From NCBI GenBank assembly GCA_965644315.1, contig CBFFRQ010000002.1, forward strand, positions 37,774 to 101,773: 64,000 nucleotides of DNA, given 5' to 3'. A program made the translations under genes and the position numbers. The DNA is from Caecitellus pseudoparvulus (taxonomy: Eukaryota; Protista; Bigyra: Bicosoecida). The number at the start of each line of letters is the position of its first letter. Positions within the stretch are counted from its first letter, which is position 1. This document shows, piece by piece, positions 40,270-50,729 of this stretch. The notes below the pieces were generated by a model. That model saw only the letters and a list, made by a program, of their open reading frames with translations. It was not told the origin of the DNA and did not search any database.

Positions 40270-41457
40270 AGCAGGTGTCGTGGCGGGCGAGCTGACTTCG
40301 AATCAGCCCGCCTTCCCTGACTCTGCTACGTGTGTGTGATTTTCATTAGTGGCCTGGCCCAGTGTGGGCCCTAGCACAGGTCTCGCTGTCGGGAAGAGCA
40401 ATGCAATCATCCCGTGTAACTTGAGAAGTGTAGGTTGGCGTGTGATGCAGCAGCGTGAATTTGTTGGTGCGTAGCGTGCGGGCCCGCCAGGTGGGACATG
40501 AACGAATGATCTTGTGGAGGTGCTCGTGGCTTCTGTGTTGCCGAGGCTCTTGGGCACGGTTGCCTCATTTGTGACACGACCCTTGTAGACTTGCTTGCTG
40601 CAAGTTTGTCAACCCCTGGAGTTAGATCTAAAGACGCTAGCTCATGTTTCTGCGGGTGTTTGAACGTGCTTTCATTCCCGCGCAAACGCATTGACTACAG
40701 TCGTCCGCAACCTCTCCAAAGCAACAAGAGCGTGAGGTTCGCGATTAACCAGCCTGTTTGCAGTGAAAAGGCATACCTTCCCTGACCTGGCGTAATCCAG
40801 CAACGCACCTGCCGCTTGTTGCCGTTGGCGCCGCAGTTGCCGAGTTGAGAACCAGTGACCATGGAAGCTGCACCAGCCCGTGAGCACATGAGAGTCAGAG
40901 GCGCCAGTAGGAGACAGTAAGGCTGCCGTAATGGCAGTGTTTCTAAAGGCGTGGAGCAATTATCAGAGACTGAGAGGTTGGTGTGGGGCTTGTGGCGAGC
41001 ACTTGTGGCATGTGCTGGCTGATGAGTCAATTTCCGCTGAAGATGTGACAAGCCTCGGATCTCGACTGTGCTGGTGCTTGCGGGCAGCGGAAATCATGTG
41101 TAGCTTTGTCAAAGAAGAACTGTTGGGAAAGTTGCCTCGGGAAGCTCGGAAGGGGCTGATTTGTTGCTTTCACTGGGCGATTGGAAGTGGGCTGAACCCA
41201 ACGCAGGCCTGCAATGCCGAGAGAGACGTCCACAGAACAACACGCCGCACAGGCAAAACAACCATCCCAGCAAACTAACCCAGACATATGCACAGAATCG
41301 TTTGCATATAATGCCGTTGTGATCCAGCCAGCTGAGTTCAAGCCTGAAATCTTAGCAGACAGCGAAGAGAAAGGTAGGCGTGCCAGCACTCTGCCAACAG
41401 TTTCACATCACCCACGTGCACGCCCACCTGTGCGCCGTGCCCTTCATGATTGCAGCT

Positions 41458-43597
41458 ATGAGGAGCACATACCATCAGCTAGCTGCTGCTGCAGTGCTGA
41501 GCGCAGCCTGCAACTGCCTGCCAGGTGCGTGTCCGTTGGCGGCAGGGCAGACACGCCAACGCCTAGGCCATGTTCAACCAAGTGAACGAGCATGCTGGCG
41601 CCTCACCAGCACGCTCGGAACGTTGGGCATTGGCACTACATCCTGTCTTGTCTCACCACTCTGAGCCGACGCCTTCTCGCCTCTCACAACGCAGGCGCAG
41701 CGGCTGCCGGTTTGCGGGCTGCCTCGGCTGGAGACATCCGTAAGTCCCCCTGCACCTCTGCAGAAAAGCGCGGACCACAACGAACTGCCTTCTCTATGCA
41801 GGCAAAGTTGATTCTCCCCCTGAAATATTCCACGTGCCACTCGGGTGGAACTTCAATGCCCAAAACCCTGCCACTGCGGGGGACATCTTCAGGGATGGAC
41901 GCACCATGCTGTCGTTGAAGGCGGGGACTGAGAAAGACCTCCTTGGCAATGTTTTGCCTCAGAACGCCTTCATCGTGAGCGGCTCGCAGTACACTGAAAC
42001 TGTTGGTGCGGGGGTGGTGATTGACAACACCGCGTGGACCCGGTCCCAGACTTCCAGCGTCGGCATCGAGTTCAGCTTCCTGGGCCTGTTCAGCGCTGGG
42101 GTGGAGTACAGCAACATGGCACAATCCTCTTTTGCGCAGTCCACAACTCAGCACTACGCACAGATCGCTGGCAACTTGGCCCTGCAGCGCATTTCCCTTC
42201 CATTGTACGGCCTGCAGCTGGCGGATGACGTGACAGAGGCTCTGTCCGCCTTGCCGCCGCTGGGCGACTCCACCACCCTGGCCGCGTACGCGAACTTCTT
42301 CAACCAGTGGGACGCCCACATCATCACCGAGTACACCGTCGGGGGGTCTGCCCACATGTACTCGTCCTTCGACTCGACCGTGACAGAGCGGGCAAACATC
42401 GACGCAAGCACCGTCGGCGCCTTCATCCAAGCGACCTTTGCGAAGTGGGGAGCTGGTCTCGCTGGAAATCACTCGTGGACGAAAGCCCAAGGAGAGGTGC
42501 TGGTTCAAGCAAACAGCGAAACCTCAATTGCGTGCCGCGGTGGCAATGCGGCAATCTGCGCACAGTTCAACCTCGCGAACACCACCAGCACCTACGGCCA
42601 GTGGGTGAACAGCATCAATCAGGACCACCAAGCCGCCATGATCGTGACGGCCGTGTCTCCTCTCTGGGATGAACACTTTGGGTCAAACTTCCTACCTCGC
42701 CCTGGCATGGCATCTGACTTGAAGAAGGCCTACTCCATGTACTTGGCCGCTTGTCCTGGGGTCTCGGCAGACAATAACTTCATTTGCTCAGGGCGCGGAC
42801 AGTGCGACCTCACCGGCACTGCCACTGGCGGCAACGGCACTTGTGATTGCTTCAATGGGTACGGTGGGCCTACATGTGCCTGCCCGTCCCAATCCTCGCA
42901 GAGCGACTGCAGCGGGCATGGAACCTGCTCCACAGCGGCATCCCCCGGAACCTGCACCTGCGCCGAAGGCTGGGCCGGAGACGACTGCTCCAAGCCGGCC
43001 CGCCCTTGCCCGGTTGATTCCTACTTTGGCACTGGCACGTGTGGTTCAAATGCTGGCCATGGGACATGCAACCTGATCACTGGCAAGTGCAAGTGTGCAA
43101 AACACTGGAGTGGCCCCCGGTGCAACATTCCCTGCGGCGAACTGGACCTCGACACTCCCGTGGTGCCAGATGGTGATTCCTGGTGGATCGCAGCCTCCAA
43201 CTCGAGCAATACCCCAGGGTACGCGACGAAAGGTGGGGACGACACAATCTGGCTACATACCCCGGATGGCTATGAGTACGCCATGGCCTCGACGATTTCA
43301 AGCTGCCAGACAGGCAGCGAAGACCAGGCTGCGAATAATGTTTGCCAGTTCGTGTTCAACTACCTCGCTGGGCAACATGATGAGGACATTGCCAACGCCC
43401 CTGTGCAGCAAGACCCCACATATGGACCAGGCTGGACACTTGACTGGTTCAACACTCAGGTATGCCCGACAGGGGGCTACGAGGTATACCCAAACATGAC
43501 AGCTGCTGGTGTCCCACCAACAAATGTCTACTATTTGTCCGCGGCGGATGAAGGCCTGGGCTACAAGTGCAATGCCCTGTGCGTCCCGAACGAGTGA
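41458..43597 (+). CDS. Secreted MACPF (perforin-like) protein with three EGF-like repeats and an unknown C-terminal domain; 3 exons (41458-41524, 41695-41739, 41802-43597), ~635 aa
   Basis: MACPF signature spacing W-D-A-H-I-x6-G-G at 42308-42346, preceded by ALSALP...YANFFNQ. Two TMH-like segments. EGF motifs CSGRGQC..CDCFNGYGGPTC, CSGHGTC..CTCAEGWAGDDC and GHGTC..CKCAKHWSGPRC. Introns 41525-41694 (GTGCGT..GCAG) and 41740-41801 (GTAAGT..TGCAG) join an ATG and a signal-peptide-like leader in frame. Alternative ATG at 41446. Confidence 0.85.
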
Positions 43598-44256
43598 GCA
43601 TGGCTCCAGCATTCCTGGTGAAACCCCAGGCAAGGTCAGAGGAAGGAGCACTGTGATGTCGGAGCAAAATGCAAGCGCCTTCGCCCAGCCCACCGCTTCC
43701 CAACGCAGAAACGAGTTCCAGAGGTGATTTCAAGGGCTTTGCCGGCCGCAGGCACAAAGATCATCCTGCAAGCCACCCTGAATGATTCCCATGAAGCAGC
43801 AACCAATTTCCGCACTCGAGACGGTGGAGCGCGAGGTCGCTGCTCACACCAGCAAGCCGAAGAAGGGAAATGGGCTTGGGTGTGTGTAGAGAAAATGCCA
43901 GGTGTCCTGAACTTGGCTTACCTTTCGCAAAATGCTACTGTCATCGTAAAGTGTTGAAAGACATTAGGGTGAAAGTTTCTTTGAGTCGTTCATGCGAGCA
44001 GAGTGTTTTCTGACTGCCGATGTGAAGCCACTGCATCTCGTGGCCCACAAGCCCAAGAATTTGCGTCTCGGCATGATTCGGTCAAGGCGAAAGTTTTGTG
44101 TGCTGCATTCTGTGCGTTTGGGAGCAATGCTGAGAATTTGTGTTGCAAGGAGAAGTCGATTCGAAGGTGCACAAGCAGTGACCCGGGCACATTTTGGTCT
44201 CCAAAGCCGAGAGTCTGCCTAAATAGTACTCTGCTGGGCCCTGCTCTGCCACGAGT

Positions 44257-45567
44257 ATGATTCCAAGTCCAGCTGGAAGAATGGAGGTTGGATGGATCAT
44301 GCGGAATTCAGTTGGCACCCTGCTCACTCCGCCGTCTGCGACGGGGCCAGTGCCGCGGTGGAGGTCTGCGTGCAAGAAGAAAGAACATGTTGAATTACTC
44401 GAAATGCTGCGCGTTGATTCCAGCCTCGAGGCACCAGAACTGCAGGGTTTGACCTCTGCAGACACCACGCTAGCCCTGGAGCTGGCTTGTGGTGGTGGAC
44501 ATGTGGCGTTGCTGCGAGAGCTGCTGGCGCTCGCTGACCATCGAGCGGTGCAAGTGCACGCTGGACGGGAGTCCAGTTTCCGACAAGCGTGTTTCTTCGG
44601 CCATGTTGAGGTAGTGCGCGAGTTGCTAGCCCTGAGCGGCGATCGTATAGTTGACGTGCACGCGGCTGATGGCCGGGGGGTGGAGGCTGGCTTCCGCTGG
44701 GCTTGTCAAAATGGGCACCCTGAACTTGTGCACATGCTCCTTGAGCTGACTGATGAGCGAGAAGTTGATGTGCACGCAGGGGACAGGGTTGGGCCCGAGT
44801 ACGCCTTCAGGTGGGCATGCCGCAACGGACACGTGAGCGTGGTGCGCCGATTGCTGGGGCTGGCTGGCCCACGCGAGGTGGATGTGCATGCAAATGACGA
44901 GCAAGGCCCTGAAGCTGCCTTTCGAAGCGCCTGTGAGTTTGGGCACGTGGAAGTCGTGCGAGAGCTGCTGGCCCTTGTGGGGGACAGGCAAGTGAATGTC
45001 CACGCAACCGATCGCGCTGGCCCCGAGGCAGGCTTCCGTTTGGCGGCCAAGGGTGGACACGTTGAGGTTGTACGAGAGCTGTTGTCACTGGGTGGCGCCC
45101 GGGCGGTGGACGTGCATGCTGGGCGAGAGGCCAGCTTCCGCTTGGCGTGCCGCTTTGGGCATGCGGCTGTGGTGAAGACGCTGCTGGCCCTGCACGGCGA
45201 GAACTGCGTGGATGTTCATGCAGGCGATGTGGACGGACGCGACGCTGGCTTTCGGTTGGCGTGCGAGAACGGGCATGTGCACGTGGTGCGACAGCTGCTG
45301 GCGTTGGCCGGAGCCCGTGCGGTGGATGTGCATGTGGACAGCGCAGACACGGACTACGCCGCGTTCCGAGCAGCGTGTGCCAACGGGCACACGGCAGTGC
45401 AGAGAGAGCTGCTGTGGCTATCAGGTGAGCGGGCCGTCCCCGCTCACGTTCGGCGTGAGGAGGGGCGAGGTGTGCAGCGGGTGAAGGATGCCGCGTGGCG
45501 CGGAGACGGAACTCAGCACGGGCGGGGATTGATGCTGTTGCTCAGGGCTAGGGTGCGAGATCCATAA
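44257..45567 (+). CDS. Ankyrin-like repeat protein, paralog 1 (9 repeats)
   Basis: Repeats of VDVHA..GPEAxFRxACxxGHVxVVRELLAL and C-terminal KDAAW..GR..LLRA. The start may be the ATG at 44299 by alignment with the paralogs. Confidence 0.85.
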   Translation: MIPSPAGRMEVGWIMRNSVGTLLTPPSATGPVPRWRSACKKKEHVELLEMLRVDSSLEAPELQGLTSADTTLALELACGGGHVALLRELLALADHRAVQVHAGRESSFRQACFFGHVEVVRELLALSGDRIVDVHAADGRGVEAGFRWACQNGHPELVHMLLELTDEREVDVHAGDRVGPEYAFRWACRNGHVSVVRRLLGLAGPREVDVHANDEQGPEAAFRSACEFGHVEVVRELLALVGDRQVNVHATDRAGPEAGFRLAAKGGHVEVVRELLSLGGARAVDVHAGREASFRLACRFGHAAVVKTLLALHGENCVDVHAGDVDGRDAGFRLACENGHVHVVRQLLALAGARAVDVHVDSADTDYAAFRAACANGHTAVQRELLWLSGERAVPAHVRREEGRGVQRVKDAAWRGDGTQHGRGLMLLLRARVRDP

Positions 45568-45983
45568 GGCTGTATGCCTGCTGCGAGGCTGCAGGGGGGT
45601 ATGTGAGTTGCCAGGCTTGTGGCGTGGGCTGGGTGCTGGGATCTGTGGCGTGTGGCTGAGTGGGCCGACGAGGCTGGCAAGGTCTGGATTCAAGGAGTTG
45701 CGCAAGGTCAGTATGTAGTCAAGGATTGATGGGCGGTGAATGGCGTGCTTGTGTGTGTAGCGTTTGACCGCAGGGCTACAGTGCTCCGGGTCTGCCCCCT
45801 CGAGGTGTGTGTCGTTTCGTAATCGAGGGAGACATTTTTCCTCTGGAAGGTCCCCATCCGAGCTTGTGGTCAATATACCAGACCATAAGAATACGAATAA
45901 GTAGTTTAGAAACGTAGGATCTGTTTTCTTGCTTAAGTGCCTCGGCTGCGTTGCGTGGGAGGCAGGCGTGGGTTTCGTTGAAG

Positions 45984-46011
45984 GTGCGGAATCTGGACCA
46001 CCACGCCATGG
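45984..46011 (+). promoter_or_regulatory. Conserved 5' leader motif GTGCGGAATCTG-N8-CGCCATGG shared by ankyrin paralogs 2 and 3
   Basis: The identical 12-mer starts 24 nt before the ATG here and at 60957 (ATG 60981). TGCGGAAT also occurs at 44300 in paralog 1. Confidence 0.4.
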
Positions 46012-47510
46012 CTATGCAAGCGCAAGGTACAGATGTGGCGGGAGAGTGGAAAGCAGCTTGTGCCGCAGATGACGCAGATGTCCTGATGCACATGTTGTTG
46101 GGGGAAGCTAAAGGTGCCGACACCGTGATCGAGGGCCTGTGGGCAGAGGACACAACGGCTGCCTTTTTGGTGGCGTGTCGAGCAGGCCACGAGGAGCTGC
46201 TGGGCGCGTTGCTGGAATTGGATGGTGACCAAGAGGTGGACGTGCACGATGAAGGCAGTCTAGGTCCTGCATCTGGGCTGCAGGAAGCGTGTGTCCGTGG
46301 CCACGTCGGTGTGGTCCGCGCCCTGCTTGCATTGACTGGCTCGCGGGAGGTGGACGTTCACGCTGCAGACGCGGTTGGCGCCGAGTGCTGCTTTCGCTGG
46401 GCATGCAGCAACGGTCACATCGACGTTGTGCGCGAGTTGCTGGCACTGGGGGGCGCTCGCGCCGTGGACGTGCATGCGTCTGACGGGGATGGGTCAGAAG
46501 CAGCGTTTCGGTGGGCTTGTCGCAATGGGCATGTTGATGTTGTGCGAGAACTGCTGGCACTTGGTGGAGGCAGAGCTGTGGATGTACATGCCCGGGATAG
46601 ATCGGGCTTAGAGGGAGGATTCCGCTTTGCGTGTGCCAATGGGCATGTGGACGTCGTGTGTGAGCTGTTGGCGTTGAGCGGGCCCAGAGCCATTGACGTG
46701 CATGCCCGGGATTCTGACGGCCCAGAAGCCGCACTGCGGTGGGCATGTGGGCATGGACAGATCAGGTGTGTTCGAGAGCTCCTTGGTCTTTCTGGAGCGC
46801 GGTGTGTCGATGTTCATGCTCAGGACTGGGCTGGGCCTGAGGCTGCCTTCCGCATTGCCTGTCGCAACGGACACGCTCATGTGGTGCGCGAGCTGCTGGG
46901 GCTTGAAGGTGCCCGTGCAGTGGATGTGGAGGCAAGGGACGGGGATGGACCCGGCTCTGCGTTCAGGTGGGCCTGCCGCAAGGGGCACGCCGATGTGCTT
47001 CGCGAACTGCTGGCAGTGGCTGCTCCACGGCAAGTGGACGTGCACGTTCGAGACAGGAACAGTGCAGAGGCTGGCTTTGTCTGGGCGTGCGCGAATGGGC
47101 ACCGTGAGGTGGTGTCTATGCTGCTTGCGCTGTCAGGCAGCCGCGAAGTGGATGTTCACGCAGCCGATTCGCACGGGGCCGAGGCGGGGTTCCGGGCTGC
47201 CGCGCACAATGGGCACGTCGGAGTGGTGCGCGAGCTGCTGGCGCTCAGCGGGACCCGGGCGATCGACGTGCATGCACCTGATGACGAGGGGCCCGAGGCT
47301 GGCTTCAGGTGGGCGTGCGAGAACAGCCACCGGGGCGTGGCGAGGGAGCTGCTGGGTTTGACGGGCAGTCGTGCGGTGCCTTTGCAGGCGTGGCTGGCAG
47401 CAGGCGGCGTTGCTGTGCGGCCGAGGAAAGATGCCGCCTGGCTGGGGACCAGCACGCGCCGTGGACGGAGCGCATTGGTGCTCCTGCGGTGCTCCACGGC
47501 ACCCTCGTGA
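46008..47510 (+). CDS. Ankyrin-like repeat protein, paralog 2 (11 repeats of 38 aa)
   Basis: First in-frame ATG is at 46008 (GCCATGG context). 114-nt repeat unit and the same C-terminal motif as paralog 1. Confidence 0.88.
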   Translation: MAMQAQGTDVAGEWKAACAADDADVLMHMLLGEAKGADTVIEGLWAEDTTAAFLVACRAGHEELLGALLELDGDQEVDVHDEGSLGPASGLQEACVRGHVGVVRALLALTGSREVDVHAADAVGAECCFRWACSNGHIDVVRELLALGGARAVDVHASDGDGSEAAFRWACRNGHVDVVRELLALGGGRAVDVHARDRSGLEGGFRFACANGHVDVVCELLALSGPRAIDVHARDSDGPEAALRWACGHGQIRCVRELLGLSGARCVDVHAQDWAGPEAAFRIACRNGHAHVVRELLGLEGARAVDVEARDGDGPGSAFRWACRKGHADVLRELLAVAAPRQVDVHVRDRNSAEAGFVWACANGHREVVSMLLALSGSREVDVHAADSHGAEAGFRAAAHNGHVGVVRELLALSGTRAIDVHAPDDEGPEAGFRWACENSHRGVARELLGLTGSRAVPLQAWLAAGGVAVRPRKDAAWLGTSTRRGRSALVLLRCSTAPS

Positions 47511-48255
47511 GGTTAGCGAGAATGTGTCGCTCTGGGTGGGCAGTCGGCTTGGCCGCGGGTGGTGGTGCCGGCAGGCAAGATCCACAAAGAGCAAAACCTG
47601 ATTGACCGCTCAACCAGAATGGTTGGGTACTACTTGCCGTTTCGGGTGTGGTGGGAGAGGACTTGTGCGTACTTGCCAGCCGAATCAAATCGCAGTGGCC
47701 CGCCCAACTGCGCACGGCCACGGCTGATTGACCCCCAGCTGTAACGTGACCTGTGAAGGTGCCCCACGTTTTCCAGCGTCGCAAATGCGGTGGTGCTCCG
47801 GGGTCGAACAGCGAGATCACTTGGCTGCCACGTTTAGCCGCCGCGACGCAAGTAGGCAATGCCAGCCGCGTGCTGCGCGTATCACGTGGTATTTTCAGAC
47901 TATAACCCCGGCAGAAAGCCACTCGCCATTAAATGCGGGGACCAGGGTGGAATTTGTATATTTGGACTAAATCGCCTGACGGATTCAGACCAGCCACTGC
48001 GTTTTCATCGGCGTTTCAAACACGAAACGCTGACTTTGCGAGGAACCCCAAAGGGGCCAGCTGAACTGATTTTCGGCGTTTCCAAGCTAATGTTGCACGA
48101 GAGTGCAACTGAATCAAGACAAGGTTCACAGGTTTGCCCAAAAGAGACTATGTTCGCCAGCTCCATGCATTTTCATCTCATGGTGGTGGCTGAGTCGCGC
48201 GGGCGGCTCGGCGCTGTTGATGCGGTGTTCTGCTTGTCGTGCTACTTCCTCAGCT

Positions 48256-49886
48256 TCACACAGCAGGCGGGGCCCCTCGTGATAGGAGTGGAGTTGTGCC
48301 ACTGCCGCCGCCGGTAGCTCTAGGGGCCCGTCCTTTCATCTGCAAGCTCGGCGCGTCTTCCGCGGCGTGTTGGCTGGCCTCCTGAGCCTGGCGGCGACGC
48401 CAGCGCAGGAAAAGGGCGAGGGTGGCCAGCCCTATTACGAGTGCAGCTGCTCCGAACCCGACCAGTGCGGGAGGGGAACCCATCCACGAAAGGTCGGGGC
48501 CGACGGAGCCGTGATTTGAGCTCGGCAGCCCTCGAGTGGGAGAGCTTGTCGGCGCTCGAGAGGGAAAACCGTTTGAAGTGGTCGTTGGAGTTGGTGTTGG
48601 CAGTGACGTTGGTGGTAGTGAGGGGTGCGGGATGGGCCATACAGACCCCTCAGGCATACATGCAAAGGTGCCATATGGGCAGACCCACGTGCACCAAAAG
48701 CCGAGTGGCGAGAGAGAACTTATAGAATACACCGAATTTGCGCCAGAAGAGCAGGCGAACACTTCTTTGTCGGCGATAGTAACATCGCCGCAATCTCCCT
48801 CATACGCAAATTCTGTTCCTGGGGCATGCTCGTAGCCCGCTGGGCAGGAGGGAGGGCTGGCGGTGGGGGTTGCTGTTGGTGGAGGGGTTGGCGCTGGACT
48901 CGGGTCCCTACATAGTATACTCTCTGCACATGTCCATGCCGAATATAGAGCATCATTTTTTGTTGTGGTTGACTGAAGGTCTTCAAGGTAGGTGCGGATT
49001 TCAGGCGATGGGTCTGTTGGGTTACCGTCCACCCCAGGTGAGGCGCAGCCAAACCTGAAATCGTCGGCGGATGATGAAGAGTAAGTCCGCATGTTGACCA
49101 TGGGGAAGATAGGGCTGAAGCCGCTGGGACAGATCGGCGACGTTGCTTCAACGTATGACTCAATTGTTGAAAATGTTGGGTCGCTACCAGTCACACTACA
49201 CTTCACGGAGCTTTCGAAAGCGCAGAACAGCACAATGCACACACCATCCTCATTCGGGTGCGTGGCGTATGATGCTTCAAATGTGCCGCCGCTGGCAGCC
49301 CAATCTTCAGGTGTAAACAGCAGCGATGCAGCACCTTGCCGCGAGGTACCCATCAGAACAGACGACGGGATGCTGTCCATGTAGCACCAGCTAAGATGCA
49401 GCACACTCCCGAAGAGCTGACCATCACTGTTGCCTGTCACACTAAATGCAGTGGAGGCAATGGGTTGTGCGGCGCTGTTGAAGGTTGTGAACTCGTTTGG
49501 AGAGAGCACGTTTGTCCACCACTGTGGAGTTGACCCCACCCAGTCACGCTTTGTTAAGTTTGCCAGTGCCTGACCATCCTCATGCTCCCTTGTGAGGTGA
49601 GTCTTGCGCTCTTGGTCGTCAGCTTGCGCCCTGACTGCAAAGCAAGGCGGCGCCTGCGCAACTGCGCCACACAGCCACGCAGAGAGCAACAGGATGCAGG
49701 TCAGCGCCAGCCCACCCGGCCGCACGAGGACCACACCAGAGCCTGGGTTGCGTCTGCACAGATCATTGACAAGTTTGTATGCTGGTGTTGGCGCGAGTTT
49801 CGGCCGGCAAGTCTGCCCAGAGAGCAAATGCTGTGGTTGCATCCCAGCACAAGCACGTACCTCATCTTGCCCGAGAATGCCGCCAT
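48256..49886 (-). CDS. Single-pass type-I membrane protein with Cys-containing ectodomain and Pro/Thr-rich stalks
   Basis: Signal-like GLALTCILLLSAWLCGAVAQA, PAPTPPPTATPT stalks, TM PPALVGFGAAALVIGLATLALFL-RWRRR, tail ending TTPLL. A likely intron at 49754-49860 (GTACGT..TGCAG on the minus strand) joins exon MAAFSGKMR in frame. The unspliced alternative starts at ATG 49842. Confidence 0.75.
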
Positions 49887-50729
49887 AAACGCAGCCTGCA
49901 TGCCGCCAGCGCCCGCACTTGCGACTCTATCTTCCTTGAAGGCTTGCGCAGTTACTGTCTGAAGCATTGGGGAAGGGTAGGGTGCGCTTTGGCGAACGGA
50001 GTGGGCAGCAAGCTCTGCCGCAAGCGCTGCCGACAGGGCTGCGCCATCTTCAAAACCGCACCCACGCACCACTACGATGGATGGCAGTAGCCCTGGTCAC
50101 TCTTCGTTCTGGCAATGGGCTGAATGCTGTGGAATAGAGGCAAAGGGAAGGTGCGTTCGGATGCCAGGGAGGCAACAATGGAGATGATTACTGTGAGCGC
50201 AACTTCCGCACTTGCACCAGAGCACGCTCACCCGAGGCTGCCAAGACTGAAGGCAAAGCAAAAATAACTTTGAAATGTGGGCCTGTAAGAAATATGAAAA
50301 GATGTTATGGTGTTGGCAGATGCACTGCCAGCCGCACTTGGGTGTTACGCGGAAGTGTGCTCGTGGAGGGGGGAAGGGAGCACAGGCCCCGCAGCGCCTT
50401 TCAGCATTGTCAGATCATACAGCTTGCATGGGCCATGAGGAGGAACTTCACGAACTGGCTTGCTTTGGGATACGTAGCTCAATGTTGCGGAAGCTGAGAC
50501 CCACTGTCGAGTGCCATCTCGTTCGTGGCAAGAGCTCGGCGGCCCCCGTAAATCCTGAGCACCATCTCATAAACACTTTCCCACATTGTCCAAATCAGTC
50601 CTGCTGGTGCACCCCATTTTGCACTAGCATTCACAGTGCATCAAAAGTCACTCTGTCTGTGCAGGCACCCCCACCAGGCACACGCCTTGCTTGCCTCATG
50701 TACTGCCGCGAAGCACGCCAAAACCCGCC

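Noticed and set aside
80-40339. Hundreds of short overlapping and antisense ORFs
   Set aside because: These are expected shadows of GC-rich coding sequence and show no recognisable motifs.
41592-41918. MACPF 5' region read as a frameshifted pseudogene (LGIG..YILS fragment)
   Set aside because: Two canonical introns restore a clean frame, and the fragment falls inside intron 1.
45580-45680. G-rich tract after ankyrin paralog 1 as a G-quadruplex element
   Set aside because: The G-runs are irregularly spaced and unremarkable for this base composition.
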